A stretch of DNA of 64,000 nucleotides from Thermoplasmata archaeon (GTDB taxonomy: Archaea > Thermoplasmatota > Thermoplasmata > Lutacidiplasmatales > UBA184): assembly GCA_022750455.1 (NCBI GenBank), contig JAKIVR010000002.1, positions 1,270 to 65,269 on the forward strand, given 5' to 3'. Of this stretch, positions 9,974 through 18,927 are shown in pieces. Every line of letters starts with the position of its first letter. The first letter of the stretch is position 1. Both the position numbers and the translations under genes were made by a program. The notes beneath the pieces are model-generated. The model saw only the letters and a program-made list of their open reading frames with translations. It did not search any database and was not told where the DNA came from.

Positions 9974-11506
9974 TCAGTTCGCAGGGCACTCTCGCTCGAC
10001 CCGCCGAACGAGCGATCCGGATCGGATCTCCGTCGCCACCCGATCGATCTCCCCGACCATCGCCCGATCCTCCCCGACCGGTGGCACGAGGGCCCGCAAC
10101 CCCTGGAGCGCCGCCTCGGAGCCGCGACCACCGGATCGGGGTCGGCGGAGCTCGAGGGCCTGGCCGGCGATCATCCACTCGATCGCGACCACCCGGGCGG
10201 CGTTCGCTTCGATTCGACGGAGCTTCGCCCCCGCCCACGCCCCTTGGCTGTTGAAATCCTCCTGGTTCGCCGAGGTCGGCAGGCTCATGGCGCTGGCCGG
10301 ATGCGCGAGGGTGGAGTTCTCCACGACCAACGCCGCCGCGACATAGGGTGGGATCATCCAACCCGACGTCAGCCCCGGCCGGGAGGCGAGGAACGGCGGG
10401 AGGCCCCGGTTCGTCGCCGGGTCGACGAGGCGGGCGCTCTGCCGCTCACTGAACGCGGCGAGGTGCTGGATCGCGAGAGCAAGGGTGTCGAGCGCGAGGG
10501 CCAGGGGCTGGCCGTGGAAGTTCCCCCCACTCAGAAACTCGTGTCCGTCGACGATGATCGGGTTGTCGCTGACGGCGTTCAGCTCCGCCTCCAAGATCTC
10601 GCCCGCGAAGTCGAGGGCGAGTTCTGTCGAGCCGTGGACCTGGGGGGCACACCGAAGAGTGTACGGGTCCTGGGATCGAGGGGACTGGGCAGGGGCGCAC
10701 AGGGTGCTGCCTTGGAGCCATCGGCGGAGGCGTTGGGCGGAGTGTCGCTGTCCTTCGGCGCCGCGGAGAGCTCCGATCCGGTCGTCCAACGGCTCCAACC
10801 CGCCTTCCAAGGCGTCCCACGCCATGGCGGTCCCGACCTCCGCGGAGGCGAGGAGGCACCGACCGTCCGCGACGCCGAGTGCGAGGTAGGCGGTCATCAG
10901 CGGCGTCCCGTTGAGCAGGGAGACCCCTTCCTTCTCTGCCAGCTGGAGCGCGGGGAGCTTCGCCGCCGCCAGCACCGCCGCCGCCGGGCGCGGGCTCCCG
11001 CCCTCGGGGTCCAGGAACGATCCTTCCCCGAGGAGCGCGAGGGCGAGGTGGGCCATCGGTACGAGGTCGCCCGACGCCCCCACCGAGCCCTGTTCGGGGA
11101 CCCAGGGGGTGATCTGGCGGTTGAGCATCTCCAGGAGTGCGTCGGCGACGGCTTCCCGGACGCCCGAGTGCCCCCGGGCGAACGTGTTCAGGCGGAGCAG
11201 CATCATCCCGCGCACGACCTCCTCCGGGAGGGCGGCGCCGGTCCCGCAGGCGTGGCTGCGGACGAGATTCAGCTGCAGGGCGCGGGCCTCTTCGGCCGGG
11301 ATCTTCCGGTCGGCGAGCGCTCCGAAGCCGGTGGTGACGCCGTAGATGGTGCGGCCTTCGCGGACCGCGCGGTCGATCGCCTCCCGCGCGCGGCGGATCG
11401 CTTCCCGCGCCGGCGGCGTCAGTTGGACGGCGCATCCGTGCCGTACGACGGCGAGGAACTGCTCCAGCGTGAGCGAGGTGCCGTCGATCGGCAGGCTCTC
11501 GGTCAC
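9974..11506 (-). CDS. hutH: histidine ammonia-lyase
   Basis: MIO-forming GASGDLVPMAHL motif. 510 aa with HAL/PAL family architecture. Confidence 0.9.
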   Translation of the reverse strand: MTESLPIDGTSLTLEQFLAVVRHGCAVQLTPPAREAIRRAREAIDRAVREGRTIYGVTTGFGALADRKIPAEEARALQLNLVRSHACGTGAALPEEVVRGMMLLRLNTFARGHSGVREAVADALLEMLNRQITPWVPEQGSVGASGDLVPMAHLALALLGEGSFLDPEGGSPRPAAAVLAAAKLPALQLAEKEGVSLLNGTPLMTAYLALGVADGRCLLASAEVGTAMAWDALEGGLEPLDDRIGALRGAEGQRHSAQRLRRWLQGSTLCAPAQSPRSQDPYTLRCAPQVHGSTELALDFAGEILEAELNAVSDNPIIVDGHEFLSGGNFHGQPLALALDTLALAIQHLAAFSERQSARLVDPATNRGLPPFLASRPGLTSGWMIPPYVAAALVVENSTLAHPASAMSLPTSANQEDFNSQGAWAGAKLRRIEANAARVVAIEWMIAGQALELRRPRSGGRGSEAALQGLRALVPPVGEDRAMVGEIDRVATEIRSGSLVRRVERECPAN

Positions 11507-11593
11507 GCCATCGTCCTTCGGGTCACGCGGGGGAGCGGAGCGTCGTTCGCGCCGCTCCCCCGCACCGAGCGACCCTCCCGTGCCGTGGACGGT

Positions 11594-12124
11594 TCAGGCG
11601 GTCGGTACGACGAGCTCTCCGCCGGCCTTGCTTCGGGACGGGACCTTCTGGGTCTTCACGTCCTTCGAGGTCCAGAACAGCTCGGCGACGTGGCCGACCT
11701 GGGTGAGCAGCTCCTGCGCGTCGGCGACGGCGGTTCCCTGGCGCGCCTTGGAGGCGGCCTTGAGCGCCTTGAAGAACGTCTCGTGCACCTGGGGGAACTT
11801 CGTCGCGAGCTCCGCGGTGAAGTAGTCGGCCCAGAGGATGCGCATCTCCTGCTTGCACCGCTCGGCGTGGAGCTCCTTGACCGAGGTGTACCGGGAGATC
11901 TGGGCGCTGTACTTCTCCCAGACGTCGGGGGTCGAGGCCGCTGCCGGTTTGGGCAGCTCGGCGATCAACTGGTCCATCCGCAGCACGGTGAGCGCCGAGA
12001 TCTGGGCCTCGTGAGGGTCATAAATCCCGCAGGGGATATCGCAGTGGGCATACACGGGGAGGGGAGGCCGAATCCCGTCACGTATCCGTCGGAAGACGCC
12101 GAGCGGCGAGCGCGCATCGAACAT
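11594..12124 (-). CDS. sodN: nickel superoxide dismutase precursor (Ni-hook HCDIPCGIYDP preceded by a 26-aa propeptide)
   Basis: N-terminal MFDARSPLGVFRRIRDGIRPPLPVYA then HCDIPCGIYDP, the NiSOD Ni-hook. ~150-aa mature four-helix protein. Confidence 0.85.
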   Translation of the reverse strand: MFDARSPLGVFRRIRDGIRPPLPVYAHCDIPCGIYDPHEAQISALTVLRMDQLIAELPKPAAASTPDVWEKYSAQISRYTSVKELHAERCKQEMRILWADYFTAELATKFPQVHETFFKALKAASKARQGTAVADAQELLTQVGHVAELFWTSKDVKTQKVPSRSKAGGELVVPTA

Positions 12125-12154
12125 GACCGCGCATACCGTGGGAGCGGCTTAAAG

Positions 12155-12610
12155 ATGCCGGCATCGGCGACCGTCGTCCCGCCGGGCGGGGCGAGCGACG
12201 GCGGCCGGCTCGCCCGATGGCTGCGTCGGCTTCGGAGCCGGCGCGTCGAGGTCGTCGAACGCAGCATGGAGCCGACGTTGTTCCCAGGCGATCGGTTGCT
12301 GGTGGAGCGCCACCCGTACCGGAACGAGCCTCTCGCCCGGGACCACATCGTGGTCGTGGAGGACCCCGAGCGCGCCCGGAGGTACCTCGTCAAACGGGTC
12401 GTCGCGCTCGAAGGGGAGATCCCTCCAGATGCGACCGCGCGGGTCCCGCCGGGACACGTCTGGCTCGCCGGGGATTGGCAGACCGTGAGCCGGGATAGTC
12501 GCAACTTCGGCGCCGTATCGACGGAGCGGATCTGGGGGCGGGTCTGGTACCGCTACTATCCCGCCGAGAACGCCGGTCCGATCGGCGGAGTCGCGTTCGT
12601 CCCGTCCTAG
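12155..12610 (+). CDS. sodX: SodX-like S26-family peptidase (NiSOD propeptide maturation protease)
   Basis: Divergent from sodN with 30 bp between start codons. S26 catalytic Ser motif RSMEPTLFPGD. C-terminal GDWQTVSRDSRNFG signal-peptidase box. The six-frame ORF is much longer; only the ATG-initiated 151-aa portion is credible. Confidence 0.7.
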   Translation: MPASATVVPPGGASDGGRLARWLRRLRSRRVEVVERSMEPTLFPGDRLLVERHPYRNEPLARDHIVVVEDPERARRYLVKRVVALEGEIPPDATARVPPGHVWLAGDWQTVSRDSRNFGAVSTERIWGRVWYRYYPAENAGPIGGVAFVPS

Positions 12611-13632
12611 GCACGCGGCGACCCGCCCGAGGGTCCGTCGGCCGTGAAGTCGACCCAGGTGCCCCGTCCGGCCGCCACGGCCCGGGTGAAGATGTACCTC
12701 GCCGCCGCGAGGTCCTCGACGGCGATCCCGACGGACTTGAACAGCGTCACCTCGTCGGGTTGAGTTCGCCCCTCGACCCGTCCGAGCAGCAACTCTCCGA
12801 GCTCGCCCCGGATGTGGCTGGAGGTGATGCTCCCTTCCTGGAGCGGGATCCGGTAGTCGTCGGCCTCGGCTTCGGCCGACGTGCGACGGTCCACGTAGAG
12901 GCGACTCCGGGCGACGAGGACGGAGTCCAGCTCCCGGCGTCCCGGGACCGCGGCCCCGACCGCATTGATGTGGGTCCCGGGTCGGACCGAGGCTCCGTGC
13001 AAGATCGGTGTGGGGGCGCCCGTCGTCGTGCAGATGATGTCGGCCTCTCGCACTGCATCCTCGACGGTAGGAACCGCTCGGATCGCCCCCGCGCCGAGCC
13101 CCCGCGCCGTCGCCTCTTGGACCAGCGCGGCGGAGCGCTCGGGCCGTCGATCCCAGATGCGGACCTCCGAGATCGATCGCACGAGCGGGATCGCGGCGAG
13201 GTGGGCGGCCGCCTGGGTCCCGGCGCCGAGGATCCCCAGCCGGTGGGCATCCGACCGGGCGAGGAGTCGGGTGGCGAGCGCGCTCACCGCCGCCGTTCGG
13301 ATCTCCGTGATGGAGGACGCCTCCAGAACGGCGAGAGCCGCCCCGCTCTCGCCGTCGAAGAGAAGCACGGCGCCGGGATGCGTCGGGGAGTCGCTTCCCG
13401 GTGCGTGCGGGAAGAGGGTGAACGCCTTCAGACCGATCGACGGCGGATGCGTCAAGAACGACGGCATCACGCAGAGCACCCCGCGATCGCCCGGAGCCGC
13501 CAGCACTGAGCGCAGCGGGAGCACCGCGCTTCCCTCCGCCAACGCCCGGAGCGCGCCCGCCATCACCTCGACGGCTTCGTCGGGGGGAAGGAGCTCCCGC
13601 ACCTCGCGCTCCCCCAAGACCAGGATCCGCAC
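12607..13632 (-). CDS. ornithine cyclodeaminase / mu-crystallin family protein
   Basis: Rossmann GAGTQAAAHL and an OCD-family fold over 341 aa. Stop overlaps the sodX stop by 4 nt (convergent). Confidence 0.8.
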   Translation of the reverse strand: MRILVLGEREVRELLPPDEAVEVMAGALRALAEGSAVLPLRSVLAAPGDRGVLCVMPSFLTHPPSIGLKAFTLFPHAPGSDSPTHPGAVLLFDGESGAALAVLEASSITEIRTAAVSALATRLLARSDAHRLGILGAGTQAAAHLAAIPLVRSISEVRIWDRRPERSAALVQEATARGLGAGAIRAVPTVEDAVREADIICTTTGAPTPILHGASVRPGTHINAVGAAVPGRRELDSVLVARSRLYVDRRTSAEAEADDYRIPLQEGSITSSHIRGELGELLLGRVEGRTQPDEVTLFKSVGIAVEDLAAARYIFTRAVAAGRGTWVDFTADGPSGGSPRA

Positions 13633-13707
13633 GGCCGCCTCCGGGTCCCGAAGACCTCGGTCCGTTTCTCCTCTCCGCTGCGCCGGTCGCCCCGGAACCA
13701 GCCGGGT

Positions 13708-14832
13708 TCAGAGGGCGTGGCGCACGGCCGTCGCCACGCGCCGGACCGTCGCAAGCGAGATCCCATTGCCCGACGGGAGGCTCAGTCCCTGGTTCCCGAG
13801 CCGGTCGGAGATCGGGAACGCCTTCGAGCGGCGCGTCGAGGCCGGGGCGAACGGTTGCCGGTGCATCGGCCAGAAGGCGACCCGAGATCCGATGCCCTGC
13901 TTCGCGAGCGCCTCCTGGACCAGTTGGCGCCGGGCCGGCCCCGCGTCGATCAGGATCGTGTTCACCCAGTAGGCGCTCCGGGCCCACGGGGCCTCTCCCT
14001 GGAGCGTAACTCCATCGATCCCCCCCAGCACCTCCTCGTACACTTTTCGACACTCGCGGCGGTGGCGGACGAACTGCTTCATCTTGCCGAGCTGGGCCAA
14101 TCCGACCGCGCACTGGAGGTCCGTGAGCCGGTAGTTGAAACCGACCTCCGTGTGGTGGTAGTTCCGGGAGGCGGAGGCGTACGCGAGCTCTCGGAGGGTT
14201 CCCATCCGCTCGGCGAGATCGGTCCGCCGCGTCACGACCATGCCGCCTTCCCCGGTCGTCAGGATCTTGTTCGCGTAGAAGCTGAAACAGCCCATGTCGC
14301 CCATCGCGCCGACACGGTGGCCGCGGAACTCGCTCCCGTGCGCCTCGGCGGCGTCCTCGACGATGCCGATGCGGTACTGGCGGCCGAGGCGGGCGAAGCG
14401 GTCCATCTCGGCCGGATGGCCGTAGATGTCGACCGGCATGACGGCGCGGGTCCGCGACGTGATCGCCGCTTCCGTCAGATCCGGATCGAGGGCCCAATGG
14501 CTCGGGTCGACGTCGACGAAGACCGGCGTCGCGCCGGTGTACAGCACCGCATCCAGGCAGGCGACCATCGTGGCATCGGGGAGGATCACTTCGTCCCCGG
14601 GTCCGACGCGGAGCGCGGCGAGCGCGAGGTGCAACGCCGCCGTCCCATTGGTGGTCGCGATGCCGTACTTTCCTCCGGCGTACCGACTGAACTTGGTCTC
14701 GAACTCGTCGACGAACGGCCCGTCGGACGTGATCCACCCGCCCCGCACGGCGCGGGCGACCAGCCGGCCTTCCTCGGGGCCGAAGCTCGGCGTGTACACC
14801 GGGATTCGGCGTGGGGGAACCCGAGAAGGCAT
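13708..14832 (-). CDS. DegT/DnrJ/EryC1/StrS-family PLP-dependent (sugar) aminotransferase
   Basis: Family blocks GWITSDGPFVDEFE, DEVILPDATMVA, IVEDAAEAHGS. Start chosen at the internal ATG (MPSRVPP). Confidence 0.8.
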   Translation of the reverse strand: MPSRVPPRRIPVYTPSFGPEEGRLVARAVRGGWITSDGPFVDEFETKFSRYAGGKYGIATTNGTAALHLALAALRVGPGDEVILPDATMVACLDAVLYTGATPVFVDVDPSHWALDPDLTEAAITSRTRAVMPVDIYGHPAEMDRFARLGRQYRIGIVEDAAEAHGSEFRGHRVGAMGDMGCFSFYANKILTTGEGGMVVTRRTDLAERMGTLRELAYASASRNYHHTEVGFNYRLTDLQCAVGLAQLGKMKQFVRHRRECRKVYEEVLGGIDGVTLQGEAPWARSAYWVNTILIDAGPARRQLVQEALAKQGIGSRVAFWPMHRQPFAPASTRRSKAFPISDRLGNQGLSLPSGNGISLATVRRVATAVRHAL

Positions 14833-14838
14833 GCGCGG

Positions 14839-14869
14839 CCGACCGAGTTCCCGTATTAAACTCGGTCGG
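14839..14869. promoter_or_regulatory. perfect 11-bp inverted repeat CCGACCGAGTT-n9-AACTCGGTCGG with AT-rich loop (GTATTAAA) in the degT / hpaB-like divergent promoter
   Basis: Read from sequence. It is 7 nt from the degT start codon and ~85 nt upstream of the hpaB-like start. Confidence 0.35.
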
Positions 14870-14954
14870 GGAATTTCCTCCGACACGCAAATGGGAGCGG
14901 CGGGGGAACCCGCCGCGGTCCGCCGGAGACGACGCGCGTTCCGGTTGGGAGAGG

Positions 14955-16385
14955 ATGATATGGGAGCGCCCGTTGCTCTCCGCCATGCGTAGTCGAGAGC
15001 AGTTCCTGGCGTCCCTGAACGACGGACGAGAGGCGTACTACCGGGGTCAGCGGGTCGATTCCATCGCTGAGCATCCGGTCCTGCGGATCGCGGCCGAGCA
15101 CGCCGCGAAATTGTACGACGTACCGAGGGAGCTCCGGGACCCGGCGCTCGGCCAGGACGTCAGCGGATACTTCGTTCTCCCCCGGAGCCCGGCCGAACTT
15201 CTGGCCCGCCACCGGCTCGTCTACGCGACTACGATGGCCTGTCACGGCGTGTTCAACATCTCCCAGGCGATCGGCAGCGACGCCCTCGCGGCGATGTCGG
15301 TCATCGCTCCGAAGATCGACCGAAAGCACGCCACGCCGTACGCCGCTCGCGTCGAGGCGTACCGCCGACGGGTGGCGACCGAGGACCTCACCCTCGCCCT
15401 CGCCCAGACCGACATGAAGGGGGACCGCCGTCGCCGTCCCCACGAGCAGCCGGACCCGGACATGTACGTCCACGTCACGGACGTTCGGCCCGAGGGGATC
15501 GTCGTCTCGGGCGCGAAGGCGCACACGACCCAGGCGGCCGTCTCCGACGAGATCGTCGTGATCCCGACGCGCGCCATGTCCGAGAAGGACGCCGACTTCG
15601 CGGTAGCGTTCGCAGTCCCGGCGGCGACGAAGGGGCTCACGTTCATCGTCCGACCGATCGAGGAGCTCGAGGGGAACGACCAGGCGATCCTCGCCCGGAG
15701 CGACTACGAATTCGAGACGATCACCATCTTCGACCAGGTGTTCGTCCCGTGGGAGCGCGTCTTCCTCTGTCGGGAGCATGAGTTCGCGGGGGCGGTCGCG
15801 ATCGGATTCGCGACGTACCATCGCTTCACCGCCGTCTCGTACCGGGCGGCGACCGCCAACCTCTACCTCGGAACGGCGAGCCTGGTCGCCCGCACGAACG
15901 GGATCTCCGAGGCGTCCCATGTGCGGGACAAGATGCTCCGTCTCGTGCTGTACAAGGAGGTGATGCGGATGAGCGCCCTCACGGCGGCCCAGTTCCCGTT
16001 GATGGACGAGGGTCAGGCGATCCCGAATCCGCTCTACACGAACATCGGCAAGTTGTACTCGAACCAGAACTTCTCGGGCGTCCTCGAGGCGCTCGTCGAT
16101 CTCTCCGGGGGGATCCTCGCCACCCTCCCCGCCCGATCGGACTTCGAGAATCCGGTCGAGGGGCCGTACCTCGCGAAGTACCTGGCGGCCGCCGAGGACG
16201 GACCGCGTCGGACGGAGGTGCTCCGTCTCGCGAAGGAGCTCGGCGTGAGCAGCTTTGCCGGCTATATGATGGCCCTGATGATCCACGCGGAGGGGTCCGT
16301 GGAGGCGAGCAAGATGGCGATCTTGCGCGACTATGATCTCACCGAGGCCGAGACGCTGGTCGAGGGGCTCCTGACCCCGAAGTGA
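14955..16385 (+). CDS. HpaB / 4-hydroxybutyryl-CoA dehydratase-family protein (flavin-dependent monooxygenase-like)
   Basis: Family-typical N-terminus REQFLASLNDGREAYYRGQRVDSIAEHPVLR. Only two Cys residues, so not an Fe-S 4-HB-CoA dehydratase. Start at ATG 14955 with gagaggatgatATG context. Confidence 0.7.
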   Translation: MIWERPLLSAMRSREQFLASLNDGREAYYRGQRVDSIAEHPVLRIAAEHAAKLYDVPRELRDPALGQDVSGYFVLPRSPAELLARHRLVYATTMACHGVFNISQAIGSDALAAMSVIAPKIDRKHATPYAARVEAYRRRVATEDLTLALAQTDMKGDRRRRPHEQPDPDMYVHVTDVRPEGIVVSGAKAHTTQAAVSDEIVVIPTRAMSEKDADFAVAFAVPAATKGLTFIVRPIEELEGNDQAILARSDYEFETITIFDQVFVPWERVFLCREHEFAGAVAIGFATYHRFTAVSYRAATANLYLGTASLVARTNGISEASHVRDKMLRLVLYKEVMRMSALTAAQFPLMDEGQAIPNPLYTNIGKLYSNQNFSGVLEALVDLSGGILATLPARSDFENPVEGPYLAKYLAAAEDGPRRTEVLRLAKELGVSSFAGYMMALMIHAEGSVEASKMAILRDYDLTEAETLVEGLLTPK

Positions 16386-16410
16386 TCCCGACGCCGGGCG
16401 GCGGCGGAGC

Positions 16411-17232
16411 TCACTTGGGGGGAGCGACCGGATCCTTGATCTGGGCGAGGAGCCGGTCCCACCCCGCGTACGCGCTCCACCCGCCGTCCACGGTGAGGTT
16501 CTCGCCGGTGACGTAGGCGGAGTCGGCCGAGGCGAGGAACAGCGCCACCTTGGCGATCTCTTCGCTCGTCCCGTACCGGCCCATCGGGGTCCGCCCGACG
16601 ATGTCGGACTCCGCGTAGTCGCCGACGGCCGCATCGTGGACGTCCATGTCGGTCTGGATGTACCCGGGCGAGAGGGTGTTCACGCGGATCCCGTACTGCG
16701 CCCACTCGGACGCCAACACCTTGGTGAGCCCCAAGAGGCCGTGCTTGGAGGCACAGTAGGCGGCTCGCTTCGGCAATCCCCCGAGCCCCAGAATCGAGGC
16801 GATGTTGAGGATCGATCCGCCGCCTCGCGTCACCATCGACCGGGCGGCGAGCTGCGACATGTAGAACGGGCCGGAGAGGTCGATCCCGAGGGTGCGCTCC
16901 CACTCTTTCGGAGTGAGCTCGAGGCTCGGCGCGACCATCGAGATCCCGGCGTTGTTCACGAGGATGTCGACGCCCTGGAACAGATCGATCGAGCGGCCGA
17001 CGATGCGTTCGCAGTCAGCATACGACCCGACGTCCCCGGGGGCGCCTCCGACCTGTCCGGTCTTCGCGTCGGTGCCGAGGCGTTCGACCGTCGCCTCCAC
17101 CTCCGCCGGTTTTCGCGAGTTGATCACGACCCGGGCCCCGTGCGCCAAGAAGATCCGGGCGATCTCGTATCCGATCCCCTTGGTGGACCCAGTGACGATC
17201 GCGACACGCCCTTCCAGCCTCGGCTCGGTCAC
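16411..17232 (-). CDS. short-chain dehydrogenase/reductase (SDR)
   Basis: TGSTKGIG, NNAG and YCASK motifs. GTG start overlaps the upstream stop (GTGA). Confidence 0.8.
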   Translation of the reverse strand: MTEPRLEGRVAIVTGSTKGIGYEIARIFLAHGARVVINSRKPAEVEATVERLGTDAKTGQVGGAPGDVGSYADCERIVGRSIDLFQGVDILVNNAGISMVAPSLELTPKEWERTLGIDLSGPFYMSQLAARSMVTRGGGSILNIASILGLGGLPKRAAYCASKHGLLGLTKVLASEWAQYGIRVNTLSPGYIQTDMDVHDAAVGDYAESDIVGRTPMGRYGTSEEIAKVALFLASADSAYVTGENLTVDGGWSAYAGWDRLLAQIKDPVAPPK

Positions 17233-18329
17233 CGAAACTCTCCCCGCGTCCGGAGCGCCTTCGCCTTGGCGACCTCCGCGATGCGGGTCTCGGCGAGCCG
17301 ATCGGCGGCGCGGAACGACGGGATATGTTCCTTCTCGGCGAGATCGAAGACGCGCTGGGTCGTCTCCGAGATGCGGTGGACCTTCGCCAGCGCGCGCTCG
17401 TGGAGGTGGGACCCTCCGAACAGACGATCCGAATCGTACACCGCGCCCCCGGCGTTGATGATGTAATCGGGGGCGTACACGATCCCCCGCTTCTCGATCG
17501 CTGCGCCGTCGTCCTCGGTCCGAAGCTGATTGTTCGCCGACCCGGCCACCACCTTGCACTGAAGAGCGGGGATCGTCGTCGCGTTGAGGATCCCGCCGAG
17601 GGCGCACGGCGAGAAGACGTCCATCGGCGTCTGATAGATGTCCTCGGGAGCGACGACCTTCACCGACCGACCGACCTGGACTGCCGCGACCCGGCTCGCA
17701 TCCGCGTCGCAGACCACCAGCTTGGCGCCGAGCGTCTCCAACTGCGGCACGATCTCCGAGCCGACAGCGCCCAGGCCCTGGACGCCGACGGTGAGGCCGT
17801 TCAGCGAATCGGAGCCGGTCGCGCGGCGCACTGCGACGCGCATGCCGTGGATGACGCCGGTCGCCGTCACCCCGCCGATGGGGCCCGCCCCTCCGAGGTA
17901 CTGGGGAAGGGTGATCATGAACCGGGTCTCCTTGTGCATATCCTCCATGTCGCGGAGCGTCGTGCCCACATCCTCCCCGGAGTAGTACATCCCGCCGAGC
18001 CTCTCGATGAACCGGCCGAGCGACCGGAACAGCGCCTCAGACTTGTCCTTCTTGGGATCCCCGATGATGACGACCTTTCCGCCGCCGAGGTCGACGTTCG
18101 CCGCGGCGTACTTGTACGTCATCCCCCGGGCGAGGCGCATCGCATCTTCGGCAGCCTCCCACTCGGAGGCATAGGTCCACATCCGGCAGCCGCCACCGGC
18201 CGGGCCTAACGTCGTGTCGTGGATCGCGATGATCGCGCGCAATCCGGTCGACGTGTCATTGCAGAAGACGAGGTTCTCGTAGTCGTAGTGGCGAAGGTAG
18301 TCCAGGATCGGGTACGTGGTCGTCGCCAT
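17229..18329 (-). CDS. Glu/Leu/Phe/Val dehydrogenase family (leucine-dehydrogenase-sized, 367 aa)
   Basis: MATTTYPILDYL... GGGKVVIIGDP and a C-terminal Rossmann GLGAVGSE. The ORF-track 150-aa N-terminal extension was rejected. Confidence 0.8.
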   Translation of the reverse strand: MATTTYPILDYLRHYDYENLVFCNDTSTGLRAIIAIHDTTLGPAGGGCRMWTYASEWEAAEDAMRLARGMTYKYAAANVDLGGGKVVIIGDPKKDKSEALFRSLGRFIERLGGMYYSGEDVGTTLRDMEDMHKETRFMITLPQYLGGAGPIGGVTATGVIHGMRVAVRRATGSDSLNGLTVGVQGLGAVGSEIVPQLETLGAKLVVCDADASRVAAVQVGRSVKVVAPEDIYQTPMDVFSPCALGGILNATTIPALQCKVVAGSANNQLRTEDDGAAIEKRGIVYAPDYIINAGGAVYDSDRLFGGSHLHERALAKVHRISETTQRVFDLAEKEHIPSFRAADRLAETRIAEVAKAKALRTRGEFR

Positions 18330-18504
18330 TGCATTCCTAGGCGATTCGTAACGGGGACTTGACTTACTGTTTTCGCGCGACCGACCGGGCCGGGTGAGGG
18401 GACTCAGGCGAGAGTCCAGGGAGCACCGACCGGTCGCCGGCCGACCAGCGCCCCCAAGAACTCCCCGGACACGGTTATGGCGCGAGCGCTCCATCGCTCC
18501 GCCG

Positions 18505-18921
18505 ATGGGGGGGTACTCCGGCACGCCGCTGGCGAAAAAGCTGGGCTTTCGAGCTGGCGCCCGCGTCGTCCTCCTCGGCGTGCCGCAAGAGGTGAAGGAC
18601 GAGCTGGCCAACGAATTGGCCCACTGCCGGCGCGTGGAGCGAACGGGGGATGCGATCGATCTCGCCATGATCTTCGCCCCGAGGGCCGCGAGCCTCAACG
18701 CCCCATTCGCCCGGTGTTCCCAGCGGCTCGCTCCGGCGGGCATGCTCTGGATCTGTTGGTTGAAGAGGCGCTCCGGCAAGACGACCGACCTGGACGAGGC
18801 GACAGTTCGAGCTTACGGATCGAACGCGGGGCTGGTCGACGTCAAGGTCTGCGCGGTGAGCGAGACCTGGTCGGGCTTGAAGTTCGTCGTTCGGCTCCGA
18901 GACCGCCCGAATCGGAGGTGA
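18505..18921 (+). CDS. DUF3052-like hypothetical protein
   Basis: MGGYSGTPLAKKLGF N-terminus typical of DUF3052, as recalled from memory. Confidence 0.45.
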   Translation: MGGYSGTPLAKKLGFRAGARVVLLGVPQEVKDELANELAHCRRVERTGDAIDLAMIFAPRAASLNAPFARCSQRLAPAGMLWICWLKRRSGKTTDLDEATVRAYGSNAGLVDVKVCAVSETWSGLKFVVRLRDRPNRR

Positions 18922-18927
18922 GGGATC

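Noticed and set aside
12125-12154. CTTAAAG immediately before the sodX ATG as its TATA box
   Set aside because: Too close to the start codon to act as a TATA box for sodX. On the other strand it would lie downstream of the sodN start.
9854-12610. 918-aa ORF on + strand (and similar giants 12149..14986 -, 33141..36317 +, 32500..35097 -, 50879..53851 +, 6568..8022 +)
   Set aside because: Arg/Gly/Pro-rich low-complexity translations running antisense or out of frame to well-supported genes. Typical high-GC artefacts. Only the sodX portion of 9854..12610 was kept.
14955-16385. 4-hydroxybutyryl-CoA dehydratase (autotrophy marker) assignment
   Set aside because: Only two Cys in the whole protein, so the Cys3-His [4Fe-4S] site of AbfD-type enzymes cannot be present. 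Called a generic HpaB/4-HBD-family protein instead.
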